Source of the DNA: Macrostomum lignano
Taxonomy: Eukaryota
DNA: 64,000 bases
Reading direction: 5' to 3'
NCBI GenBank assembly: GCA_002269645.1
Contig: NIVC01000464.1
Span: 248,001-312,000 of the forward strand
A program made the position numbers and the translations under genes. How positions within the stretch are numbered: position 1 is the first letter of the stretch; every line of letters begins with the position of its first letter. The notes beneath the pieces were generated by a model. That model saw nothing but the letters and a program-made list of their open reading frames with translations, made no database searches and was not told the DNA's origin. Below are positions 1 through 16,569 of this stretch, in pieces.

Positions 1-69
1 ACGCTTTTCGAAAGAAGTAAAACATTCGGCACAATTTGGTTTAGGAATTGGCAATGAAAAGTGCAATCG

Positions 70-2162
70 CTACTGGCTACCCGAGTGAGTTGCAGCCCAT
101 CGCTGCTTGACTTGCACAAGCCGGCTGTTCAACTTGCCAAGCCGCTGTCGATGCGCCGAGATCGCGTCAGAATTGGCAGAGCCATCCTCTGACATCATCG
201 CTTTGGCCAGTTTTAATGCACTCTCAGTGGCATCCAGAACATCATCAGGCGTTGCCTTAGAAACGGCCGTGTCAGCGGCTGTGCCAACATCTAGCCTAGC
301 CCGGAGCCGGCTCAGCCTATCCAGGTAAGCGGACAAGCGACCATCCCGATTCTTTGATGATCCGCTGTCGACGATTCTCAACTGAAGCGTCGGAGCGTCT
401 TCGTCCTCAGCCAGTCGCCGACGCGACGACTCCAGCAAGCTGCGCAGACGCCGAAGTCTGGCCAGCTCGGCCTCCTGGCCAGTGAGCAGCCGCTCGTGTA
501 GCGCCCGCCTACGCTGCAGCAGATCCAACAGTCTGGCCTGACGCTCTGCCAGGAGACGCAGACTAGCTAGACGCCTATCCAGCCTGCGCTGCTCCTGCTG
601 TCCAGCAAGCGTTGAAGCAGCCGCGGCAGCGGCAGACTCAATAGTAGTAGAGTCTGGCAAAGCTGAACTAGACGATAAATCGAATTCCTGAGCCGATTTG
701 GCTTCAGCTAGCCAAGTCTTGGCCATAGACAGCGTCCGCTCCGGGTCGTCCAGGTGAACGCGAAGTCGCCTACACTGCTCGGCCAGAACCGCCGATCGTC
801 CTGCTAGGCGCCCGCGTTCAACCAGGACTTGGCGGTGGAGATTGCGCACCCGTTGAAGCTCCGAGTATGAGGAGGTCGAGCAGCTCTCCAAAGCATCGCA
901 GTTCTGCTCGTCGCTGTCCGATTCAAAGTTGTCGCAGGCGTTGCTGGAATCAGATGAGAACAGTCGATCGGCAAGGCCGACAAGCGCCCGGTCTAAGGCG
1001 GCCTCAGCTTCGGTTAATGGGGCAGCTGGGCGAGCGCACAGCAGCGTAGGCGCCGGGCTGCCTTGTAGCAGCAGCCGCGAATGCAAGTTGCGCACCTGCA
1101 ATGTGTTTCGGTTATCAGCTGCCGAAGTTACAAAACAACTACTATTCCACTAAATACAATTTAGGAACGTCGTACTTCTTAACAGCAGTTTCAAAACTTA
1201 AAACGGTTAGACCTACTCTCAATTTGTTTGATTAATCTTTATAGCCTAGTGGGGGTTTTAGCCTAGTAGATAGAGCGTGGAACGCACGACTGAAAGGTCG
1301 AGGGTTCGATTCTCGACCTTACTCGGAACAATTTGTGTCCTTGAACACGCTTAAGTCTGTATACGTTAACTCTGCATAGCTTCAGTTCACCCAGCTGTAA
1401 AATGCATTAGCTGGGGTAATTAATTGAGGCTGTGTGTGGCGACCCCTCAGTCCTTGGACTGAACAGCCGTACGCAGCCTTCAGATGCGCCGCGCAAAAGC
1501 TGCGGCTGAGCTGTCGGTTGCACACCGGGCCTAATTGAGGCAGGTGTAATCAATTATTATTGACTATGACTATTTATTGGCTTACTTTGTTATTATCATC
1601 ATCTTAATTCAAAAGCATTCCGGATGCCAAATCAAAAGCCTGCTGACGAATTTGATGGAAAATCAGATTTAACAATTGCCTCAATTTTTTTAAACTGCCT
1701 TATAGGTAGAATAATAAGAAAAATTACTAAATTGAAAATAGAATTCACCTGTTTGGAAAAGCTATTTAGCGCCTCATGATAGTCGCGCTCCACAATTAGC
1801 TCTTCCTCTTGCCGTTCATTGCACTGATCTTCGCCATCAGCCAGAGTAGCAGTGGTTGCCAGGGCGGAAGCTGGCAACTCCTCAGCGCTCTTCAACGCCT
1901 TTAACTGACGCTCAAGTCGCACAGAATGCGCCAGTTCCAGCAGGCCAAACAGGGAACGCCTGGCGATGTTGGCGGCAACTGTAGCTGAGCCAAGACCGTC
2001 ACGTCCTAAGTTGGCAGCCCGCCAGACAAGCGGCAACTCATCAATACTGCGCCGCAGATGGCTGTCAGAATATTCAGCGTCATAGGCGCTGGAGAGAACA
2101 GCTACCTGACTGGCTGATACAGACACACCAACCGATTCCATGAAATGCAGGAAACTCTCCAT
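70..2162 (-). CDS. Coiled-coil / spectrin-repeat-like protein, last two exons (about 2162-1749 and 1095-70); 5' end not defined
   Basis: Two ORF-track ORFs join in phase 0 via donor CAG|GTGAAT (1749/1748) and acceptor TTGCAG|GTG (1096/1095), giving ...FSKQ-VRNLHSR... The sequence is helical, L/E/R/A-rich and heptad-like. Stop TAG at 72-70. An in-frame stop at 2192-2190 means the true start or an upstream exon is uncertain. Confidence 0.6.
1251..1560 (+). mobile_element. tRNA-derived SINE with CORE-like central domain, in intron, antisense to host gene
   Basis: A-box-like TAGCCTAGTAGATAG; B-box GGTTCGATTC inside a T-arm-like stem GGTCGAG/CTCGACC (1296-1318); then TGTGTCCTTGAAC...CTTCAGTTCACCCAGCTGTAAAATG, which resembles the CORE-SINE domain; short AT-rich tail. 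Confidence 0.6.
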
Positions 2163-3489
2163 TGAAGCCAGCAGTATATCGCTTCCATTTTATGAAAAAA
2201 ACACGATTGAATGATAAGGACAGGCTTTTTAAGCTAGTTTAGAATATATAGGCCTAGATACTTTACCAGAACAACAGCATGACATGTTTTATAAGAATCT
2301 AATTTCACTAAGGTTGTCTATTGTCTATTGACACTTTAATAATACTTTTTAATGCTATTTTAAGAAGTCATGTTGAAACTTTTGAATAGACTCACTGATG
2401 AAATGAGAAATTTGACTATAGGCAAATCTTGGCAAGAAATTCTTGATGGAAAGAACTTGACAAACAAGCGAAGCTATATGTTTGGCTTCTCTTTAAGTCC
2501 ATTAAAATAAGTCTTCTATGATTTAATAAAAAAGTTTTTAAAGATTGTAAATAGTATTTTTCAGCTAGGTCTTAAATTAAGATTACTAGTAGCATAATAG
2601 GGTTATACAAATCATTTAGGATTTTTACCCACATAATTTTGTCCAAGTTGGAGACAGTGTGACCAAAATTTAGGACATTTCATCCAATTTTCTTGGTATT
2701 ATAACAAGAAGTATTCTTGGTTGTACATATAAAAGTTTTTTAACAAATGAAATAGACATTCAACTTAACAGATTAAATTTATTAAAAGCGGAAAATATAT
2801 TTTTTAACCTTTGGTCACTTTGCCACTTAAATGAAAAGATGGTCTGTTTGTAAAAACAACCACCCTAACCTTTGCTGTGTATTGGAGCAGTGTGTGACAT
2901 ATTCTGCATTCAATGCAAATAACCCCATTGTAGGGCTGCAATTAAATTTTAATGATTCCCCTGGAACAGGGGGGTTGGGCTAAGTGTACATAATATAACA
3001 ATGTATAATGTAAACAGAGGCTAGGCCTATGGATAGCTAGGACTGTGTTGAGATTCAATACTTGTAGGTTTTATTATTGGTACCTTTCAATAAGGCAGCC
3101 TTGTATATTAGTTAGGCAATACAATTCAATGAATAAACTTGTGAGTCTCTTACTGTAGGCTTGCCAGTAAATATACACTCAATATTTCAATGCTTTAAAT
3201 TAGAAAATTTCAAACACTATATATTCTTTGAGTTTTAAACTCTGAGAAGAGAGATTTATAGTTCTAGAAAGATCTTACAACACTTAGTTTGGGGATAAAA
3301 GTTGTTTGTTTTAAATAATAAAAAAGCACAGCATTAAAGAAACTATTTCCATACTTAGTCTTAGCTTTCTTCAAAGATTGTAGTCATTTTTGCAATAGGT
3401 CAGACATTAGAGTCAAAGATAAAGTTGGGCAGTTGCATACACACATTCAAACCAGCTATCATTTAGGTAATTTCAATAATGGAGATTGA

Positions 3490-4722
3490 CAGAAGGGAGA
3501 GAAAAGGGGAATAAGGTAGGAATGAAAAGGGAGAGAGAAGAGAAAAGAAGAAAAAAGAGAAAGTAGAAGGTAGAAAGGAGAGATATGAAGGTAGAGAGAG
3601 AAGAGAGAACAGAGAGAAAAGAAATGAGAAAAAAGTAGCCTAGAAAGTAGAAAAAAGAAACTAGAAAGGAAAGAGAAGAGAGTAAAGATAAGAGTGTAGA
3701 GGTAGAGATGAGTTAAGAACTCAATTTAAGTCTTGATTGGCTGCAATGATAAAGATAAGCCGAATATTAATTAAATTGATGAATTTTAGCTTAAAGGAGA
3801 TGATATATGGTGGATTGCAGTTTAACAGAGAGGATTTTTTATATCTATTTCACAAATAGGATTTTGATAGATTTCTGTTTTATATAAAGGATTAAAGGGT
3901 AAAATGAAAGTGAATAGAGGAAATAAAAGAGGAAATAAGAAATAAAAGATTTGATAAGAAAGAACATAAGAAGAGAGAATGAAAGGGAGCAAATAGCCTA
4001 GGGCCTAGAGAAAAAAGGGAATGGAAACAAAGAAGAGATATTAGAGTTAAAGAGCGAGAGAGAAAAAGAAGAGATAGAAAAAAGAGAAAATATAAGGAAT
4101 AAGAAAAGAGAAGGTAGAGAGAATATAGGATATAATGACTAAATGCATATTATAGGCCTAGGCCTATGATTAGGATAATAGTAGGGCTTAGGCCCCTAGC
4201 TAAATTTAAGATATAAAATCCTAGCTAGGGGGGCCTATTCTAATAATATAATAAATAAACAAAACCTATTAATGAGTAAAAGTAATACAATAGGTTAGAT
4301 CTATTCAAAGGTTAGCAAACATTTATCTAAAGGCCTAGATAAGAAATTCAAATGATGCTTGCAGGCTAGATGAGAGTAGAAGAGAAGGAATAGAATCATA
4401 GATAAAAAGCAAGAAATAGGATAAGGGAAAAGATAAATGAGAAAAAGGGAGGAAAGAGAGAAGAAAAGAAAAGGGGAGAGGAAAAGGGAAGGGGTAAAAG
4501 AAGAAGAAGGAAAGAGGAGAAGGTGAAGAGGGAAGAAAGGAGAAAAAGGGAAGGGAAAGAAAGAAAGGAGGAAAAGGAAAAATGAGAGAAGGAAGAGAAA
4601 CAATAAAAAAGGAAAGAGGAAAAAAGAATGAGAAGGAAAGCCTAGGAAGAAGAAGGAAGGAATAGGAAGAGAAACAATAAAAAAGGAAAGAGAAAAAAAG
4701 AAAGAGCTGAGCAGAGACAAAA
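3490..4722 (+). repeat. Purine (GA)-rich low-complexity tract
   Basis: Long A/G-only stretches at about 3490-3720, 3900-4130 and 4370-4720; source of the F/L/S-rich spurious minus-strand ORFs. Confidence 0.85.
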
Positions 4723-5279
4723 GGCAATCCTACACTTCCGTTCGGTAAATTATTTTAACATTTGAATTCGTACCACCAAGTCAAATGACGTTGATTGGCA
4801 ATGTGTCTATGGCCAAAAGTTTGAGCAAACAGAGTTTAAGGGGGGTGTCAGTTTAAAGGAAGCTGTTGCTTGTGAGCTGCTTGTTTTTTGAGCTTCAATT
4901 TCTCATATCTTCCTGTCTTCAGTGCCATGGCTGGGCGACCTGCAGCACCCGGGTTCATCATTCTGTTAAACGAGGTTCAAAACATCGCCAAGCTACTCAA
5001 TCTCAACATGTCACTACGGGATCTGCACATCATCACCCAGGACACGCTGTCTGCAATGCAGTGGGGCTATTGTCCATTTGGGGCTATCCTGTACTAGATT
5101 GGACATTATTATCCATTGTAGACACCTTAATGACCTGCAGCCACTCTAAGTGACTATGCACTCTAACAGACTGCTACCATGTTCCACTGTTTCAGTTTTG
5201 TTTGGTTACATTGTTATTTAACACGCCTGTTCAAAATTCAGTGTCAACATAATTTACCAAACGGAAGTGTAGGATTGCC
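4723..5279. mobile_element. Mutator-like (MULE) non-autonomous element / MITE, 557 bp
   Basis: About 46-bp TIRs (GGCAATCCTACACTTCCGTT.GGTAAATTAT...) at both ends; perfect 9-bp TSD GAGACAAAA at 4714-4722 and 5280-5288. A 9-bp TSD is characteristic of Mutator. Confidence 0.85.
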
Positions 5280-6489
5280 GAGACAAAAACCTTGAGCAAG
5301 CCAAATTGCTTTTATAAAGTTTCAAAGGACCTGACGACCAGATAGAAAGGCTTTGAGAGCTACGTAGTTGCAGACCAGAGTTTGATAACCTTTAGTCAAA
5401 GGCCCATATACTTATAATTATATAGAATAGGGCCTATAGATAATGAATTTCAAAGAAACTATTTATACTGGGTTTAACATCATTAAACGTTAGGCCTATA
5501 GAAAAAATTAGATATAGGGGGCCTAAATCAAGGACTTCTAGACTAACAGGACGTAAAACTCAAAGATCGTGCAATTTTTTGGAGGCCACGATTTCCTGGA
5601 AAAAATACACTGCGAAGATAGGAAAAAATCAGTTTTTCGTCACAAAATCTGTGATTGTATTTGATCTGGGGCAGTGAAGACTACCATTCTTTTAATTTAA
5701 CATGCACAATATGTTACTCTATTATATTTTCATATAGCTGTGTAGTGAAGTTTTCATTTTCATATTGTTTTCACTTTATTTCATAAGCCCAAAGTTGCAA
5801 ACTCACAAGTGGCATTAGCCAAATATCAAATTCAAGAAAAGAAAAGCTATTCAAATTTGTAATATAATAATATTTTTAGCCTTTAAAATAAAAGTTATAA
5901 AAGGACTAATCAATGTTTTTTCTTATAGATACCTAGTAAAAATGGTTAGGGTCTATTTTTGTGATTGTCTATTCTTCTTAAATCTTAGTCCTAAATATAG
6001 GCTTGGCTTAAAAACTGATAATACAGCTTTCTCAAGCCTAGGTAACCAACCATATGAAACTATTTATTGGTAATCTATATATAATAAAAAAATCTAAATT
6101 TATACTAATCTCTAAGTCATTGTCTAAATTTAATTACTTATTAATATTAGGCTAGATAGTGTAGTGATAGGTCTAGTTCTAGTAGGCCTACGAATTAGTA
6201 TAGTTACTAAACCTACAATAATAGCTTAAGACTAAGAGTACCTACATGCAATGTTTTTATACTTTAATTTTAAAAAGAACAATACAAAAAGTTTGGCTAA
6301 TGCCACTTGTGAGTTTGCAACTTTGGGCTTATGAAATAAAGTGAAAACAATATGAAAATGAAAACTTCACTACACAGCTATATGAAAATATAATAGAGTA
6401 CTTACTTACTTACTACTGACGGGGGGCGCAGGCGCCGCGAATAGGCCGCGAGGCCCCTATCGCAACCCCAAGGTAAAAGAGCACAAGGA

Positions 6490-11594
<5,105 letters not shown>

Positions 11595-12839
11595 TTAGCA
11601 GCCACCTGCCCCGCAAAAAAGCAGCAGGGGGGATCCGTCCCCCACCAGCAGACCAAGACGAGGAAGCTAGCCGCTTCCACGCCAGGCCAGAACGAAAAGG
11701 AGGGGGAAGAGCCTCCTCGAAAAACGAAAAGCTGGCGGATGTCACAGAGTCCCTCGGTTTAAGTTGCCGTTTGCCCCCCATATAATAGAGTAACATATTG
11801 TGCATGTTGAATTGAAAGAATGGTAGTCTTCACTGCCCCAGATCAAATACAATCACAGATTTTGTGACGAAAAACTGATTTTTTCCTATCTTCGCAGTGT
11901 ATTTTTTCCAGGAAATCGTGGCCTCCAAAAAATTGCACGATCTTTGAGTTTTGCGTCCTGTTGGTCTAGAAGTCCTTGGCCTAAATTTGTCTTTAAATAT
12001 AGATATGCAGGCCTACACAACAGCATTTATCAGCCTGTTCTAAATAGCCAAATACAAGGAAAGCTCAGAGTACGAGCGGCCACAAAATTTGTTTGAATAC
12101 TTTGTCTGAACTGAATGATTAATGAATGTCTTGATTTAAGACTTGAGTTTACTGGACTGCAGAGCAAACAATAGGCCTACTCCAGTCTCAGTCGATTGAC
12201 AATGACAATATCTATCTCAGGACGCGAGGTCTGACTCTGAGGACGGGGGGGGAATAAAGGTGGTTATTACTTATTTGAGGGGTCAAGGGACCTTTCTTTC
12301 TTTTGCTAGTAGACTAATAGTCGTAGTAGCCTACGATCAATGAGAATAGTGGCTCAGGCTGAACAGCCTGTTTGGCCAAAACGAGTTAATCTGTATATTT
12401 TTATTTTCTGATAATCTTTGTTGAATAAACGAATATTTTCTATGAAACTATTGAACTTGAATTTGTTGGCATTGTAATCAAAATTGTATGTTCTTTTCGG
12501 CCGAGTTCCCATCGGTGCCAGATATTCCGGAAATGCAAGTCGATTTAGACAAATTAGGGGTGCGATGGGAACTCCAGCTGCTGAGTTCCTCAGGCTCAGG
12601 GGTAGCTGTGGTCGTGGCTGAGTGGTCAAAGATAATGCTGTCCTTCAGAATGCAGGGCACACAGGATTTTTTTGCCAAAATTGTTTTTTAGTAGTTCGCT
12701 GCACTAAAACCGCTATAATTTGCCGAGAAAGGCCCTGAGACTTCCAGACTTGATTACAACAACAACAAAATACGCTGTCAGGATGGCAAAAGTCAGTGTC
12801 ACAGGGCGCGCTTCATGGCTTGGGCGCGAACAAAGGCCG

Positions 12840-13623
12840 TGTGACGTTGTCAGTTTAAGGTGGTCCCGAAAAGGGCCGTTGGACTGCTGTTCTCCATAGT
12901 CATTCAACCCTTCAGTTTCACCGTTTCAACTAAACTTTTCCATTCGTTTATTGCGACGTTTACTTGTAGTAGTGCCCAACGATTTTGTGGCAATTTCTAA
13001 TTCACTGTATATTTTGCTATCCTCTCTCGCGACCGTATAAAATTGGCACGATCGATAATTTTAAGTTCTCTCGCCAGCCAATGAAATCACTCGTGCTCGC
13101 GCTACCCCCCTCTGCGCTCTTTTATTAAACCCCCCGCCTGGCGGCGGGCACCCCTCACGCTTTTTCGTCTCTCCTGTCCCGTTTCTTCTCTCCTTCCCTG
13201 GCTGTCTTATCTGTTTGTCTGGCTGCCTCGAGCCTCCTTTTCTCACCACGGCCCCTCTGTCTGGGCCAGCCTGCTCACACACTTACTTGACTGTTTCACG
13301 CCACGACCGACGCCAAACTCGCCACTACGTTTCACTGCCTTCACTGTGCTCATAGCCGCTGCTCACGTCACGTCGCCATTGTGTCATTCGCCTGCCACTT
13401 GACTTCATATCCAATTTATATTCAACCCATTGTTGCAGCCGCCAGTGCCCAGAAAGCTATAGTCTGTTTATTGCCAGTAACAACCAAACTTAATACTGAT
13501 ATTAACAATAAAGACAACTACGGCAGTTCCTGCCTTTATCGCCAAGTGCTCCGCTACAAAATCCGCTTTACAAGAATTGACTTCAACTTATTTTGGGACT
13601 AAAACGGCCCTTTTAAGGGTCAC
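12840..13623 (+). mobile_element. Dispersed repeat of about 780 bp, probable solo LTR (copy A)
   Basis: Begins TGTGAC and ends GTCAC; TATAAAA at 13036 and AATAAA at 13507; diverged inverted copy at 31884-32616. No clear TSD found. Confidence 0.55.
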
Positions 13624-13639
13624 CGCATAGCTGGCCGCT

Positions 13640-14095
13640 ACGCCAATAACGTGACAGCCGCGCCACCGGCAGTGTCCGGGGCGCCGGCGTCAGCCAGCAG
13701 ACAGTCGACATAACGCCGAGTTCGCGCTTGACCTCGCCGGTAGGGTGCCTGCAGCGTGAGCAGCAGCACCTATAGCCTGCACCGGCTGTGGGCAGTACGA
13801 CTCGGCGCGGATGAGATGGCCTGCGAGCTGGAGTTGCCGACGGCGCAGTAGATCACTTGGACGTGGCAGGCCAGCGCGACGATAGTGCCGCGTTGATGAC
13901 TCGCTCGACGCCGATGTTGAAGGCGGCGCGCAGCAGGCCAGCGTGCGCCGCATCGACTTGCTGTTCGAGTGAGTCCGTCAGCGTCCAGGTCTCGGCGTTG
14001 TACAGCAGGACGGTCTCGATAACCGCCTGGAACAGCGCCGCCCTCTGGCGGTCCGTGTCGCAGGTCCTCGCGAGCGTCTGGAACCAGACCGCCGA
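13640..14095 (-). mobile_element. RTE-type LINE 3' fragment
   Basis: Encodes LFQAVIETVLLYNAETWTLTDSLE...RPSDLLRRRQLQLAGHLIRAESYCPQP, with frameshifts. Confidence 0.8.
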
Positions 14096-15897
14096 GGTAG
14101 ACGAACTGCTGACTTGATTAGCTAGAACTAAATGTAGTCTGAAACCTATATTGGTTTTAAATCGCTCTGGATTAGATCAATGAAAATGCAATCCAAGGTC
14201 ACGAAGTCTTTGGAGAAAAAATGATTTAGCTAGTATACTTCGCTCGATTTACACGCGTCAAATGGTGTTGATTATTACGGCAAAAGTTTATTTTGAAGAT
14301 TGGCTTCACGCAAAACTAAATATAATAAGTTGTACGCAATTAACTTTTGGCTTGCCAGCTTGGTCAGGCTTCGAGTATAATAAAAATGGGGGGCTGTGTT
14401 AATTGGTGTGGGTCGAGATTTTATAATTTCCGATAGAGTCATGGCCAAGACTCAGAAAACGACATGCATATATACGCTATAACAGTAGATGCGTAGCAGA
14501 TCTAAAAGCTTCGTGCATGGGATGTAGCAGTCACTCAGATAAACTTTCAATTTACTTGCCAGACTCTTTCAACCATACACGTTCGTGAACGCCGTTTAAC
14601 CGTTACACATAGCTGTAATTTACAATCACGTAAATCCCCCGAAGCTTCTATAACTGCATGAGCTGCTCGAAAAATGGGGAGCAGACAGAAATACAACGGG
14701 CTCAGCAGGGCAGAATCGCCTCTGGTAAGACGATTCTGTCTACAGCCTGCAACGCACCATCTCTACCGCTGCGCATAATGCCACGCCAGAGAATGTACAT
14801 TTGTCCGCTCGAGTGAAAGCAGGCAACGAAACCTACAAGCAGTGGATGCCCTGGATGAACACAGAAACAAGCATGCAGACGCCGCCATTCCCACTGCTAT
14901 AGGCCGTCTGACGCAGTCTGAGATGCCATTTTCAGCATGAAGGATAGTTTCGTCAGTTAGACAGCCATGCAGCTTTACATGTAGCACCAACTGACATTGC
15001 GGAGCTTTCCCAACTGTCACGTTCGCAACCGGCAAAGCGCAGGATTTAGACTGACGAGTGACGTTCGGTCGTTTCTCTTTGTATGATACATGTACACACG
15101 TACAAATGTACACGAACTGAAATGGCGTGTTTTTTGAGGACATGCGATTTGCAGCATTTCCTGCAGCAAGGCATGTACACTTTAGCTCCAAGCCCTATAA
15201 ATGTATTTATGTACATTAGGCGCGTTGTTTCAGGCGGTCGAAGCACGTTGACGAGTTAAACGCGGCAAACGTTGAACTGCTGAGATGTTTTAGAAGATCA
15301 GCAACCTGCAGTGAGTAGCCAACTGCTGACTATTGCAGGTACATTTACTCATACTCTTAGGAAGTACATGATGTACATGAATACTGATATTTTATCATCT
15401 GCTAATACCCATGGTTACTACCTAAATCCAATAGATTCTGTCCGGAGCAAGCCATGATATGCCTATTGCGACTCTCTTTGATTTTTGTACGAGTACATCT
15501 CTCGTACACTGTAGATTCTTAATATATTTATATGAAAAATATATAGCGAATAGCAGATTAAGGGTAAAATATAAACTAAAAAACTATAACTAATCCATTC
15601 TCATAGCTTTAGGTGGAAAAACAATTAAACAACTAATTAACTGGCCGAAATTGATTCAACATTAGTGCATGCAATTGATGAATTAATTATCTACTCGAAT
15701 TACATGCAATATCAAAAATATCAATCAAATCAACAACATGAATAAAACCGCGTTTCATATTCAGCTAATGCTTCAATCAAGGCCTAGCTAGAGTATAGTA
15801 GGTGGCTGTTATTAGCTACGAACAAAACTACAATCCGTTGCATACAAGAACGTCAGCCCACGTTTTCGACATCTTATCGACGTATCTGGCAAACGGG

Positions 15898-16136
15898 CAG
15901 GGGCGTCGCCACGTGGGGGGGGGGGCAGGGGGCCGACATCTAAAATGAGTGCCTGCGGCGCTAAAATGAGTGCCTGTGGCTCTAAAATGAGGGTCTGTGG
16001 CCTCTACTAAATGCGCTAAAATAAGTGCTAAAAACACCGATTCTGAAAATGATGTACATGTAGGATAGTCATGTACATGTACATGTAGAATTCTTGGCTT
16101 TGTCCCCCCACCATAAAATCCATGGCGACGCCCCTG
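15898..16136. mobile_element. hAT-type MITE, 239 bp
   Basis: TIRs CAGGGGCGTCGCCA / TGGCGACGCCCCTG; 8-bp TSD CAAACGGG at 15890-15897 and 16137-16144. Confidence 0.88.
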
Positions 16137-16569
16137 CAAACGGGTACCTTTACATTACACCGACGCTCAGTCGACGAAGGCCGTCGAGTCGTTAGCCAGA
16201 GTGATGTAAACAGACCCATTTTCCAGCAACATCCATTGCCGCTGGAACGTTGCACATGTATACTTTAGCTAGAATAATTGACAATAATATATTGCTGCAT
16301 ATGTTGTATTCGAATAGTTAAGTCGGCCAGCACCTGGAATAATGTGTATACATGTACTGTTACGTAAGCGTTGTGTGTAATGGTTTTGATATTATTGCCA
16401 CCCACTAGAAGATAAATTATATTTCTCAAATATAAACTAGACAAAATAATTTTATTACTAACTAGTGATTTATGAACTAAGGAAATTTTACCTATTTGAT
16501 AATAAATATGATGCGCGCTTATTGCAATACGGTCACTCTTCTGTCAACCAACCGATATGAATGGCTCGA

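Noticed and set aside
1251-1330. tRNA gene
   Set aside because: It has A and B boxes and a T-arm, but no convincing acceptor stem or anticodon arm, and it continues into a SINE-like body.
4301-4727. F/L/S-rich ORFs here, and ORFs at 36480-37062, 39223-39447, 45195-45659 and 55563-55887
   Set aside because: They are translations of low-complexity or tandem-repeat DNA.
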